Source of the DNA: Perkinsus chesapeaki ATCC PRA-425
Lineage: Eukaryota > Protista > Perkinsozoa
Direction: 5' to 3'
NCBI GenBank assembly: GCA_013115145.1
Contig: JAAPAO010000121.1
Coordinates: 6,392 to 70,391, forward strand
Length of the DNA stretch: 64,000 nucleotides
Of this stretch, positions 11,696 to 23,800 are shown in pieces (position 1 is the stretch's first letter; every line of letters starts with the position of its first letter). Below the pieces are notes generated by a model. It made no database searches and was not told the origin of the DNA. It saw nothing but the letters and a program-made list of their open reading frames with translations. The translations under genes and the position numbers were made by a program.

Positions 11696-12727
11696 CTACT
11701 CGAGCACCGTAGTTCTCCTTGATAATATTTTCTTCACGGCCTCTTCAGCATTGATGCGTCCGAAAGGGAAATGTTTCTGTCCACTCTTGTCGGTAATTCC
11801 CATCGTGGCGGTTCCCTTGAGTATGTTCTTGGCATCACCAGGAGTTAGACCAGGATTAAGACTGTAGAGCATCGCAGCCACACCAGCAGTTATGGCGGCA
11901 GCTGAGGAAGTGCAGGCCACATGATCAAATTCTCCTCCATTCAACGTAGTTACAATATTCTCCCCGGATGCGGCAACGTCCACGTAGTCTGCATAGTTAG
12001 ACTCGTAATCGAGCTGCATGTTTGACGTGCCTGTCGCAGCGACGCAGAGCAGGCCGTGAATATTGTCACTGAGGGCACATGGGTAACGCTTGTCGACGCT
12101 GATGTCCTTGCCCTGATTCCCAGAGCTGGCGATAACCAGCAAACCGGCTGCGTCCGCCTCCTTGAGTCTATCAATGAGATGCACAGGACATGAGTCGGCT
12201 GAACCTGCCATCAATATGATCTTTATGTTATCCTTCTCGTGATTTTTAACAACATAGTCAACAGCATCGATCAATGCCATGAAGGTGGGCGATTTACCCC
12301 TGGAGATGGGCATGATATTGACAAGATCCATCACACCTGCTAGGCCAAATCTATTATTGATAGTAGCGCCCAAGATGCCAGCCATTTGCGTCCCGTGCCC
12401 GGTTTGGTCATGAGTGTCAGTGCTACGGTCGACTACATTATAGCCTTTCACAACATTAGAGACCAGGTCAGGGTGCTTGGAGTCGACTCCACTGTCGATG
12501 AGAGCCACAGTAACTCTTTCCCGCTTATTTTCAGTGGACCATAGAAGACTCCATGCATTTGGTACTCTGATAGCCTGTAAGTATCCTAGCTGGTACTTAT
12601 ACAGTGGGTCATTAACGATGGGGTTGCCAGCGAAGACGATGGGTTCTGATGTATTCTTGAGGCCCCCTACCAATAATAGTAAGCTGCCGAGTGAGAGGGA
12701 GTGATGTAACATGTTCCACTGAGACAT
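11696..12727 (-). CDS. S8 subtilisin, short (type A), intronless, signal peptide
   Basis: Catalytic motifs VALIDSGV (D), GHGTQMAG (H), SGNQG (oxyanion N) and ACTSSAAA (S), with a hydrophobic N-terminus. Confidence 0.9.
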   Translation of the reverse strand: MSQWNMLHHSLSLGSLLLLVGGLKNTSEPIVFAGNPIVNDPLYKYQLGYLQAIRVPNAWSLLWSTENKRERVTVALIDSGVDSKHPDLVSNVVKGYNVVDRSTDTHDQTGHGTQMAGILGATINNRFGLAGVMDLVNIMPISRGKSPTFMALIDAVDYVVKNHEKDNIKIILMAGSADSCPVHLIDRLKEADAAGLLVIASSGNQGKDISVDKRYPCALSDNIHGLLCVAATGTSNMQLDYESNYADYVDVAASGENIVTTLNGGEFDHVACTSSAAAITAGVAAMLYSLNPGLTPGDAKNILKGTATMGITDKSGQKHFPFGRINAEEAVKKILSRRTTVLE

Positions 12728-12981
12728 GCTCCTAGTGCGAACTAGGATCGTGAGCCCCCGGTGCTCTCTCGGTCACGCACGCCTACACAAGGTGCCGGTC
12801 ACGCTTTTGTCGACGAAAGAAGTCCCGGCAATAGATGGGTATGAAACGGTTGATCGATTTAGTGTCATGTTTTCGATTCTCGTTCTAGTACTCGTGTTTT
12901 GAATTTCGTTCGATAATACTCCATGTTGAGTGAGAAATCGAAAGAATAGGAAATATTCTATTTCATTGCGTCGGGCCGTAT

Positions 12982-14300
12982 TCATAACACGGAGAGCTGT
13001 AAGCTTCTCTCCGCCACTCTTGATCTTGACCTGGCTGCAGTGGCCGTGAATATGATGGATTTGTCACAAAAACCCTCCAGGACTGTAACTCAGCAACAGT
13101 TACTTTAAAGATTGATAAATTGCTTAGCCGGGGCTTCCGACTCACGTGACATGATATAACAACGAGTGCGTAAAGCAGTGCGATGATTTCGCATAAATGT
13201 TTTGCCGAAAACGGTCTCGGCTGTCTGCCCAGGGACGAACCTGACGAACGTCTACACATAAGTCGGCTCTCAGCATACCCCATGTATCTCGGAATCGCTC
13301 TGCCGTAAATGCTTTGTGCAACTGCCGAGTTCCGGAGAGCCCTGAGAAAGTTACTCCATGGCAGGCTATGCTTCATTGACTCACTCTCGTCTATCTCCCA
13401 TACATTCTGCAGCGTCCCGTGAACGAGCCACATGAGATTCGGCTTTGAACTGAGGAACGAGCTTTAACTGACATTGTTTGGTTAATAACCCACTCCGGGC
13501 ACAGCGCCGGTATACCCCGGCACGCCAGGGACAGAGAAGGACCGCTGTAAAGCTGGTGGGACCTGATAGGAAATACTCTTTTGAGTGTAGATATTCCTCA
13601 CGGCGTGGTCCTTATGCAAATTCGTGCCACTGTGTAACCCGAGTTGCTGAGCTGTGAGACGAGCATTCCCATAATTGGTGCTATGTCTCAAATCGGTACC
13701 TGAAATGACTGCCTTTGGATGTAGTCTACCTGTCGGTTACCTCTGACAATTTCGCAGAGGCCTTTCTTTCCCTGTACAGCCTCGTGCACAGAGCTGGCGC
13801 TTTCTGAGAGCACAAAGCCCTTTTGCATGCAAATAATTCCAGCGACATTTGTCATGGTGGCAGTGTACTTGCCAGAACTGTTAGAGATGGTTAGACTGGG
13901 TCGTTGTGTAGACGGAAATCGAGTCAGGACTATGCGTTGTCTGTTCCTCGTGGAGTTCTACCGCATGATCACCTGCGTAGGCTGGCTTTCCCGCCTTCGC
14001 CGTCACTTCATAGTAATCCCGCTGGTCTGATGCAGTGTTATTAGCTTCGGCAAATCGGGCGCCAAACACCTTGTTAATAATAACCAATACGGGATATCAT
14101 GGATTCGGTACAGTCTCTGATGTCTTGGCCGGTATATACCCCCGATATCCAGGGAGCGCCGTCCGTGTGTACTGCCCGACCGGAGCCGCCTCATCCCGAG
14201 GCACCTGTTGGAGGCTGGCACACCTATCTTGACGTTTGGTAATACAGCTTTTATGTGACGACAATCTTCGACACGCCAGAGAGATGGATGAGAGGCTTCA
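12982..14300 (-). CDS. Spliced PGY-repeat protein (FAM166/CIMIP2-like putative microtubule inner protein); ends approximate
   Basis: Three repeats assembled across phase-consistent introns: LPGYRGYIPAKTSET^VFGARF, VPGYTGAVPG^FKAE and IPRYMG^FVPGQTAETVFGKTF. Confidence 0.62.
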
Positions 14301-14450
14301 CCGCTGGATGGGGAGCCTATCACGAGGAGCTGTTAATCATGTTGATGGGGGGTGGCATACAGTTCGCGTTGGCTATAAAGGAAGAGGGTTTCCAAGTACC
14401 ATCGAAGCAATAACTGTGAGTGTAGCCTGAAAGTGACATAAAGTATCCCA

Positions 14451-14544
14451 AAAAATGAGCTTTTTTGAAAAACTTTTTCAGAAAGGCGAATATTTTGGCG
14501 ACACGTGCGGCACTCGAAAGCTCTTACGAGTGTCTTTCTAATGG
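14451..14544. repeat. Dispersed repeat copy A (homologous to 48535-48627; partial extra copy at about 14623-14666)
   Basis: aaaaatgagcttttttgaaaaact...ggcgaatattttggcgacacgtgcggc...tctaatgg aligns by eye with aaaaatctgcttttctgaataact...ggcgaatatcttggcgatacgtgcggc...tctaatgg. Confidence 0.65.
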
Positions 14545-16046
14545 TGTGAGACCCAGGATGTTATTCAAAAAACCACATTATGGGGGCACCCTATAGTTGG
14601 ACATCAATAGATGTACAACAGCAAAAATGTGCTTTTTTGAATAACTTTTCCAGCAAGATGAGTATTCCCCTCTATCAAGAGCTTCCAGAAAATTCGGAAA
14701 ACGCCTTTTGTCGATCACCATGTAGCTTATGTTTCGTGGGATGCATCTTGTATATATTAAGGTACTTGAAATATGTTAGCACTATCAATTTAATACTGTC
14801 AATAACAGTTATTTAATATTGTTAAATTCTTGTCATTATCACTTAGTGCCGTCCAGTAAGCTGGAACGTACTGTATATAACGTGGCAACGTTGAAGGTCT
14901 GATGTATCGCTATGCATGAATGTTACCTGATCTTCTGACCTTACAGTCAACCTCGTCGCGGTATCCAGCTGCTGAGACAGTAGCCGACATAATTCCGGGA
15001 GCGGGTCCGATTTCAACTATTATTCAACTACGGGCTCGCAAGGCGTGCCTTCCTTGTTGCCGTATCGACTTTCTGGGCGAGCGCCTCATATGACAACTTG
15101 CGCGCACGCCTTTGTGATCGACTATCGGCTCCGTTTGCTAACGTGAGTCAAGACCCTTCCGATATGTTAACTTGACTCTTCCACCTCCAGGCGCTTACCC
15201 AAAAAGAATCATGATTGAGGTGTGTTTTCTGAATTAGTTTGGCAACTTTTCCATGCCGGCTTCGCAGTTCTCATTGAGAACTTCTCAGTGCCCAGTAAGT
15301 GTTATACGCTGGAGCTGAGGTGGCATATTGAGGAGTACATAATAACAAAAAACGCTGAGTCACCAATTGGCCAGACAGGAACGTGATATTATCAATTTGG
15401 AGGACTGCACACTGTAAAAGGCAGCTCACAGTAAATGGAAAACATTCAGCCACGTATCTCGATTACATAGCGAGAGCAATATTCAGAACAATGATTACTC
15501 ACTAAGGACGTGTCACGCACACGACACATCGTGCGTTACGAAAGCGCCGCTCACTTACCGTCGGAACATGTTGCAAGCTTTATTATAAAGTGATACGGCT
15601 TTGAAAAGGCCTCACTTAGTGAATGGTTGTTGAAGACGTCACCTGCCGCTGCCAATCTGCGGGTTGCCCTTCTGAGTCGTTGATAAGCGAAGGCTCTTTT
15701 GTTGAGCTGCTCAATCTTGGCCAAGTGAAACTGCCAGCTTCACTGACTCTGAATACTCTACTAGCATCGAGACTTTGGTTCTATACTGCATTAAATTGAT
15801 ACCAGTGTGTCACTGAATTTCTGAACCGCCATTCAGCAATCCTGATAGTACTTATCTCCATGAATGATGCATTTGAGTGCCAGGATAACAGCCTAATCAT
15901 TGCATTTGGTGGCGTAGAGAAAGCTGTTACGTTGAGTAGCCTGTGCCACTCAAAATAGGCAGAGATTGTCTGTTTCTTTCTGTATTAGTGGCTAGGAGAT
16001 TTCGGGAACAAACCGCCAAGTAGAGTGGTGTACATCCTTCCTCGTG

Positions 16047-19000
16047 ATGGCCCCTCCCGACAGCACCCGACGAGGCTCATCTTCCTTCAAGCAAGCGGCA
16101 AAGAAGGAAGTTGATGGAGGTAGGTGAAGATGGTCTATCACTGAGGTGTGAGGGCACTATCTAGTAGGCAAGGGACCTAAAGCGAGAATGATGGGAGCAC
16201 CACCGCCTCAGCGGAGACGGAGCTCGTCCGGCGCTACTTATACCGGTAGTAGAGGAGATTCATGGGCTTGGCTCATTGCCTACCCAATGCTATATAGCGG
16301 CTTGAACGATAGAGAGCTGAAGGTCATAAGGACTAAATAGTAGTTTAACACATTATCAATTATTATCATATCAATTTATCAACATTAACAATCATCGAAC
16401 ATCGTGCCATTTGAAAGATCTTGTAATCTTCGTTGTAAAAGGTAATACTTTTCCAGGCGGGGCAAAGGAGTATGATACTAATAACAGAGAGCGCATGGTT
16501 GAGATGGTGGAGCAGCGAAAGAGGATCGATATGCTCAATGATGAGATTAGATTACTAAGACAGGCAATTGATGAGAAAGATAGGATGCTGCGGGAGATTA
16601 GTAGGTAAGGAGCTTGGGGATACAAAAGGTCACGGTAGGTAGTTATTCAACTTTGCCGTATAAGGTCACGGTAGATAGTTATTCAACTTTGCCGTATAAG
16701 TTNNNNNNNNNNNNNNNNNNNNNNNNNNNNNNNNNNNNNNNNNNNNNNNNNNNNNNNNNNNNNNNNNNNNNNNNNNNNNNNNNNNNNNNNNNNNNNNATG
16801 GTCACGGTAGGTAGTTATTCAACTTTGCCGTATAAGGTCACGGTAGGTAGTTATTCAACTTTGCCGTATAAGGTCACGGTAGGTAGTTATTCAACTTTGC
16901 CGTATAAGGCTTTGAGTGCATGCCGGCTGTCATAGCATAGGATTCTGGAACCGATTCACTTCGCATTGGAGTTCGATAGGCATTTCTATATCGCTACTGT
17001 GGAAGTGTGAAGGGCCATTCATCTCCCTTTCAGTCACTACGACAAGGAGCTAGCAATACAGGCGGAAAAACATAGCGCTGAGCTTGGCCGGTTTGAGCTT
17101 GTTGTGGAGGTTGCCAGGCAAGATGCTCTTATTGAGGCTGAACGGGCCACTAGGATATCCTGTGAAAGAGTACACGTGTACCTTGACCGCAGCTGAGTAG
17201 GCTGTGTCAGTTGCGGATGACCTTGAGCGAACGGGAGAGTCGATCAAGAGAGCAGCTGCTTGAAGTGTGGAGGAGAGCAATTGAGCAAGAGTAAGCCCTT
17301 GCCGCATGTGCGGAGGTAGTGGCCCTTATGAGAGGTGCGCTATCAAGATGTATAGAGAGGAGGTGGCGTCGTTGAGGAGCTTACTGGCACACACGGCAAC
17401 GAGGCAGGTAAGCCTTTAAGTACTGCAATACCGTGGTTGCTCGGGGCTCTTAGCGTGAGCAGCTGGAGAGCTTTAAAGAGGCTACGAAGCTAGAACAGAA
17501 GGCTGAGATGAAACGATTTAAGGAGGGCTATTTCCGTCGGGTTACCACCGAACTGAGGGAGGAGCTTGAGCTGACCAGGAATAGAGCAGAAGAGTAAGGC
17601 GCAGGGAGCTGTTACGCCGAGGAGGCTGGGAAAGGTACTGTAAAGAGATTGAGAGGCTAAAGGCGGGCTGGAGGGAGTCGGAGACGGATAAATATAGGGC
17701 ACGTGATGAGTTGAGGAAAGCAAAGGAAATGAGGATAGCAGCCATGAACAAGGCTGGAAGTGCTCGACGGGAATTAGCTATTGTGGGGAAGTGGGCATGT
17801 CAACGGAGTGAACTTGAAGCTTTGGAATAATAGGAAAGTCATTTACACTTTGACTCACTCGGTCTGATATTACAACTTGGCGCTTTCTTTTTCCCCTACG
17901 TACATACATTACAACCATCGGCCGAGGGGCTAACATGTCACGCTTTTGAGCTTGGTGGCATTTCGGTAGTCAGTTTATAGGAGGTTTTATCAGGTTAACG
18001 AGAAGAATGAAGAACTCTTTAAATGCTGCCAAGTCCTTTATAAGCAACTGGGCGACTCTAGCACGATGCTCCCTGCAATAACTGATGGAAATACCGATAA
18101 TTCAGATCAGCAAGCTCTTCCGGTGCCGAGCTCGCGGGGAGGAAATACGGCTAGAAGTGTCAGAATGTGAAACCATGGACCGGAGTACATGGAAGATTGG
18201 ACGTCAGATGGTCGTCTAGGAAAGCGAGCGCAAGAGGATCGGAGGCCTCGACGAGCTGCCCACCGACTTCGAGGGAAGTCTTGCTGGAGTCTCAGTTGAA
18301 GCGGGCCAAAGAGAAGTTGGATGAGATGAGACGTACTGCAGTGATAATATTAAAGTCGAGGTAGTGGCAAAGGAATGGAGGAGGGGTGTACATTGGGCAG
18401 GTCGAAGGTTGAAGAATATCTTCACGAGGCAATAGCATCTTGTAAAGCGGAGCAGATCGGCGCTGTAGGGTCTGCTTCAGCAGCGGCCCGAGCATTGAAG
18501 GTACGTGAAAAGATGTTAAAGGTGGGATTAGTAGCGAACAACTATGTGGAATGCACTCGCTTCAATGTGGAGGAGTAGAGGCAGCAAACGGGACATTGTG
18601 ACCGTAGCTATCTGTGACGTGTAGATGAATTTTCGTGACAGATGAGTATGAAAAAGGCACGTTGAGGGAGTGTTGAAGAAACGGTTGATCGATATCCTGT
18701 TCACTTTTCCTAGTAAGAAGCATACCGTCAAGTTGTTCAAGCTGCTGGATGATTCTGGGAGATAACTGGGTTTTGACACTCGGCGTAACGCACAGTATTG
18801 GGAGGCTCATGCTGAAATAAATAGAGGCATTTGAGAGCTTGCAAATCTACAGGGTGATGCGAAAAAAAGGGCCCATGCCTCATATTCTTTTGGCGCGTGA
18901 GAGTTACGAGTGAAGTTAGGTACCAACTTGAAGCTCTTGGTGAGCTCTTTTGCCTCATGAACCATTGTGATACTCGAACTAGGCTCTGAGTAGTGGTTGA

Positions 19001-20065
19001 ACAAAAAAATCATTACATAGAGAAATGTGCTGGCAGGCTTTGATTTTGGTGTCATCCATTCAAAAACTAGACTAGTGGAGGACGGATTTCTGTTAGCTTA
19101 CTGCAAGAGGGCAGAGAGAGGAGCACGACAGCGGCGGCATGGCAGCAGCAGCAGGGAAGGGTGTGCCTGATAAAAAGGGTAATGGTAGCCGCTGCTGCTC
19201 TGCTTTGGATTCGGACATCTCCGGGAAACCATTCGTAAAGCGGGAGGGTGGATCCGTGCAGGAACGCTCAACTACTGAAGGTTCGCATGGTCGTGTGGAT
19301 TGGTAACTGGTAACTGTATTTTTCGTATGCTTCTAGGGGGAATTTTCGGAGGAGGGAAAGTTTGATGGGGTTGGTTAATAGTGGAGTATCTTGTCCAGTT
19401 TCAGCTTCACCAGTCTTTCAGCTGGCTGACAACCTGTACAACAAGATGGACGAAACTTTCCTCACTGGAGAAGTTGATGAGAGTGAGGATGATAGCAGTG
19501 GGCCTTATCAAGTCCCACTGCAGCAGCAACAGCAGCAGAACGAGGTAATGGCCAAAGTCGTTGGGAAATTAAGGCTCCTCGGAGGAACTTACTCCGGTAT
19601 ATCTGCACGATTACGCTGCCACCCAGAAGCACATACGCACTCTAAATCAAGTTGCCCGTTACAGTTGGTTGTAGTTTGTAGGCATCATTTATTTCGGTGA
19701 ACAGATCGTCAGTGGTGTTGGTTGTTGATTTGTTATGAGGCTTCCTTTCTGTAGAAGCTACCTCATCCCGAAGTGCCTCCCTTACCATTGCTCGACGGTC
19801 AAAGTGAGGAGACTGGCTTGGACGACTTGGCTGCGGCGGTCAAGAGAGCTCAGATGGGTGAGGAGATCGATATTGATGTTGCTAAGTTGACCTGGGAGTC
19901 AAAGCAGCATATCTTACGACTGGTGAGAATCTTTCCGCACGCGGAAGATTTTCCTGGCCTCAGCTATTCCGTCGAATGAACAGTGATCCCCTAGCCGCCA
20001 TCAACAACCGTGAGCGTGGCCGCCTCCGAGCCCAGTTGGCATCTCTGGGCGCTACATCCGTCTGA
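16047..20065 (+). CDS. BBOF1: BBOF1/CCDC176-like (basal body-orientation factor) coiled-coil protein, many exons
   Basis: Series of coiled-coil exons. EMRRTAVIILKSR^SKVEEYLHEAIASCKAE resembles the BBOF1 LA..IL..R.EVE.FF..AL segment. IDVAKLTWESKQHILRL^LFRRMN (intron 19923-19963) resembles BBOF1 LTWEQKEKVLRLLFAKMN. Exons at 18.5-19.3 kb are unresolved. Confidence 0.6.
16626..16909. repeat. 36-bp tandem minisatellite spanning an assembly gap, intronic
   Basis: Unit aaggtcacggtaggtagttattcaactttgccgtat. About 2 copies precede and 3 follow the N-gap at 16703-16797. Confidence 0.95.
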
Positions 20066-20802
20066 TTGGGCATGTCGTGTGAAGCTGGGTCTCCTTGGGA
20101 CGATAATTGTGTTGTGTTTGTAGTTAGTGAGGTTTCGGGTACCAAGTGGCTGGTGAGCAAACAAGTTCTATGATGGGAGTCACAGAGGTGTATCATATCT
20201 TCAGCCTTGAGAGCCCATACTGAACAGCTTGACTAGTCCCTAATGTATTTATATGGGAGATCGGTATCAAAAGCGAGAGTCAGGCCGTCGAGTATCTCTC
20301 AAGAGTCTTGACAACCGTTGTTGTTGTCTTCGAGAATAACTTCTCTAGTGTGTGCATCTCTATTACGATATATATATATTAAATCAGTATTGCTGCTGTA
20401 TAATATTCCTGTACTATAGTGTATTGTATATACTTAACTAGTCAGGAGTAAAGTACATAAGCGGTGCACTTGCAGCTTTCAAGTGTGTTGTCATTGTAAT
20501 GGCCCAGCATTCTACCGGTTCAGTCTCCTTTGCCTATTAATGAAGGGTTTTGAGCTTCTTACTTCTGTTACACAGTCCTTCCTATCGCCTATTCCCTCAA
20601 AGCTTCTCACTGTTCTTGCCCATGATGTTACTGTTGTTTTTACTATCGGTTATGTACACCCAAATGCATCTTGTTTGCCCTAGTATTCTCCCATAACAAG
20701 GTTGCTAGCAAACTGACCGACTGACATCTGTTCTATTTCACTAGCAGGGATGTTACGAGGTCTTATTACTATTTGATAGCAGTATTAGGAATACTCTTCT
20801 AA

Positions 20803-23800
20803 ATGGTCGTTCATACGGCAGCGCTCAGAGGCCGAGTCCTCTCTGGTGCCTCGTCACAGAGCTCATCTTCATCCTATAATGCAGACGATTACCTCCCCAC
20901 GCTAAGTGTCTATCACCGTTTAACTCGGCAGCCGGCTTTTGTACAGTGTGGTCGTCGAGGTGTGCTGGGGTGCAAGGATTGGATAGAGAGATATGGATTG
21001 GGATATAAACTGGAGGGACACCGTGGTTGTGTTAACACGGTACTCTGGTCTGAAGATGGTAGGTCGGGACAAGGGGACGGGGTGAGGGACGTATCTTGGG
21101 ATTCCCCCTTTACACCTCACTAACTTATCTATGCTTTATACCCCTAACTTCGTGTGCCAACACAATGACATAAGGTATAAAGTAAGAGACAAATAATATA
21201 AACAATAAAATATAAAGTGACGCTCATCGTCTCTTTACTACTGTAACGCAAGGGGAGGTCGGATGTTGAGAGTAGGGATAAGTAGACGACAGCAGCAGCT
21301 ACCTCTCACACCAATGTCTGGAGACTAACGATGGGTTACTACCCTCTTACACACATGAACAAAGGGCGCGCGTACAGAAGTGTGACAGCAGCATAACCTT
21401 TTTATACAGGCGATGGCAGCCCACACTACCGTGTCCTGGAGAGTATGTCCGGACCCTCATTTGCCTGTCCTTGAAATGCTATAACAAAACCCATCAGCGG
21501 TCCTTCTGTAATCGTTCATAGAATAAAGAAAAGAGATCATGTTCTGAAAAAGAGGTGGATTATCTGGAGGAAATGATTTGCCTGATTGCTACTACCCAGC
21601 GAATACTTATGAAGAACTTCAACGAAGCCTGACCGTTTATATAATTTAATAGCCCCTGCGTTTCCATCATCAACTTGAAGAGCCAATGCCAGGATGTCAC
21701 TTGTTTTACGGCCCTAGGAGATAAACCAGCATGTTGCTGCAGTCTTCAGAAGCCAGTCACGGTTGGTAGCTTGAGGCTACTTACTTGTTCGATGCTGTAT
21801 TGGAGAAGTCGCGTTCCGATACCCTTTCCGCGGACTGTCTCTGATACTTCTACCTGAGACGTAGTTCCCTTTAAACGCTCGGGGTTGCTCCATGTGGCAT
21901 CGGAAGCGATACCGTCTAATTACTTACCAGCTTTATCATACCGAAACGGCCCTTCTTCGCAGGATCCGACCTGAGACCAAAGATGACCATGTCACACCGT
22001 CCATGCATTATATAACAACACGCAGTGTAAATAGATCTTTCTTCCCTACAGCGTTGCTCTAATAGCATTTTCTTCCTCCTTGGCTAATTCCTCAAGGATG
22101 CCCATTGAGATGAATCCAACGACATTCTGAAGCAAATAACCTTGTTCATACACTGCAGGGAGACTGCGGGATGAACAGCTGAACTGTTCATTTGATGAGT
22201 CGGAATCGTTAAGTAATGGTTACGTCATGTCTTACATTTGGGGAAACGTCCAAGTCGACGGCTCCATAGCAGGGGATCCCCTTCTTCTTCGGGCATTGGA
22301 GCTTGAATATACGGTCAGTGAAATAGGCGCCCTTTTGGTAACTCCGGTAAACTAAATTCAGTCCGGCTGCGAGCACCAAGGATATGATGACAAGAAATAG
22401 CCTCATGAATGGCAATAGATCGCCGTAACTTGACAGACAATATTGGATATTCTCAACACAGGGAATAATGGCTTCTCATTTGCTAAGTCATGCTAAGCGG
22501 CTTTCATATCGAGCAGGCTGAGGACAATTGGGCCTCAGTTGGATCGAGCTTTTGTGGGCAAAATCGACGGTGGCGACGCGGCTTTGTGCGCCGACCAACT
22601 CTTGCGACAACGCATAATTCTCGGTGATGCTTTCACAACGACTGATTGGACGGCCCAACTGAAAAGCGCCCCGGCAAAGGGAATTGGAGATACGAACTTT
22701 ACCTTGTTCAGCAACAGTCGGAGTATTAGTGTTTATAGAGTAATGCACTGGAAAGCCTCTTCGGATACTTCTGTGTTCATGGAGTTTTGGATGGTGCAAA
22801 CTTCAACTGCATACAAGCACCCTTCCTCTAGGGTGAGTAGAAACTCTCACTGCTGGGAGCTTGGATGGTGGCTGCCATCCACGGCAGCGTAATCCTAAGT
22901 TCGAGGTTCTCCTCGGCCCAGATCTGCCTCGTGCAACGTCAGAGCATGACGTCGAGAGCCTTGGCTCGAAAGTCTGCGCTTGGCGCGCTGCGCGGCGAAT
23001 TTGGTCGATTGGAATCTAGACAGCCAGATTGGAGGCCCAGTGTGCTGAGTGCAGGAGGGCTTCGGTCGAAGCCGAAGCGTTAGAATGTAGACAAGCCAAA
23101 CCTCACGTTTCACGTCTTAACAAGTCCTCCTGGATCGATTCATTGCGCTGGTGTTTAACCCTTTTACTCTCTGCACGTAGAATGGCCTGGTCTGCCTAAC
23201 TAATCCATTTACGGAGTTGGAATGTAGCCCGATGTTTTTTAACACCGGTGGCTCACTTATCCATGCTGTATAGCCCCAACTTCTGTACGTTCCGAACGAA
23301 GGCGCGGTTATTGCTCTGCTCTATTATCCATCGCTTTCGACCCTCCAGATTTATCCGTTTTATAAATTCTCGATCAGGCTCGATGATAGTGAGCGGTAGT
23401 GACGACAAGGACGTGAGGATCTGGCGACAGTCTCGAACAGTTTTGAAAGGGTCTCCACCGTGGCAATGTAGGCGAGTTGTAACTTGTCCCGCTCCAGCAA
23501 CCCTTGCAGGTGTGCGTACCCTGGACACCGGCCATTCACATAATATATTCTGCGCCACATTCGTACCGGGAACCAACAGCAGAGAGGTGCGAAGCCCCGA
23601 GAGTTCAGCAGCAGTAGCAGCATGCTTCTGCATCTGCCTGTTTATTAGGTGGTCACTTGTGCTGGGGACGGGGAGCTTAGACACATCGATGTCGAGTCAG
23701 GTGCAACCAAGGTGAGGAGGGGTGGATGCCTTGTCCTTTGTCGTGTTGGTTACTGTGTAATAATCGTGAGCTCGATGCTTTCCCTCGACTTGGTGTTGTT

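Noticed and set aside
15240-15950. Minus-strand exon-like fragments (QFHLAKIEQLNKRAFAYQRLRR, MIRLLSWHSN)
   Set aside because: Could not be joined in phase, one segment has an internal stop, and there is no recognisable family. Needs RNA-seq.
16626-16909. 36-bp direct repeats as a possible CRISPR array
   Set aside because: Units are head-to-tail with no unique spacers, there are no cas genes, and the context is a eukaryotic intron. The same applies to the 28-bp array at 38611.
22488-23113. Several 70-117 aa ORFs in the WD40 intron upstream of the GNAT
   Set aside because: No motifs or consistent splice pattern; ORFs overlap on both strands.
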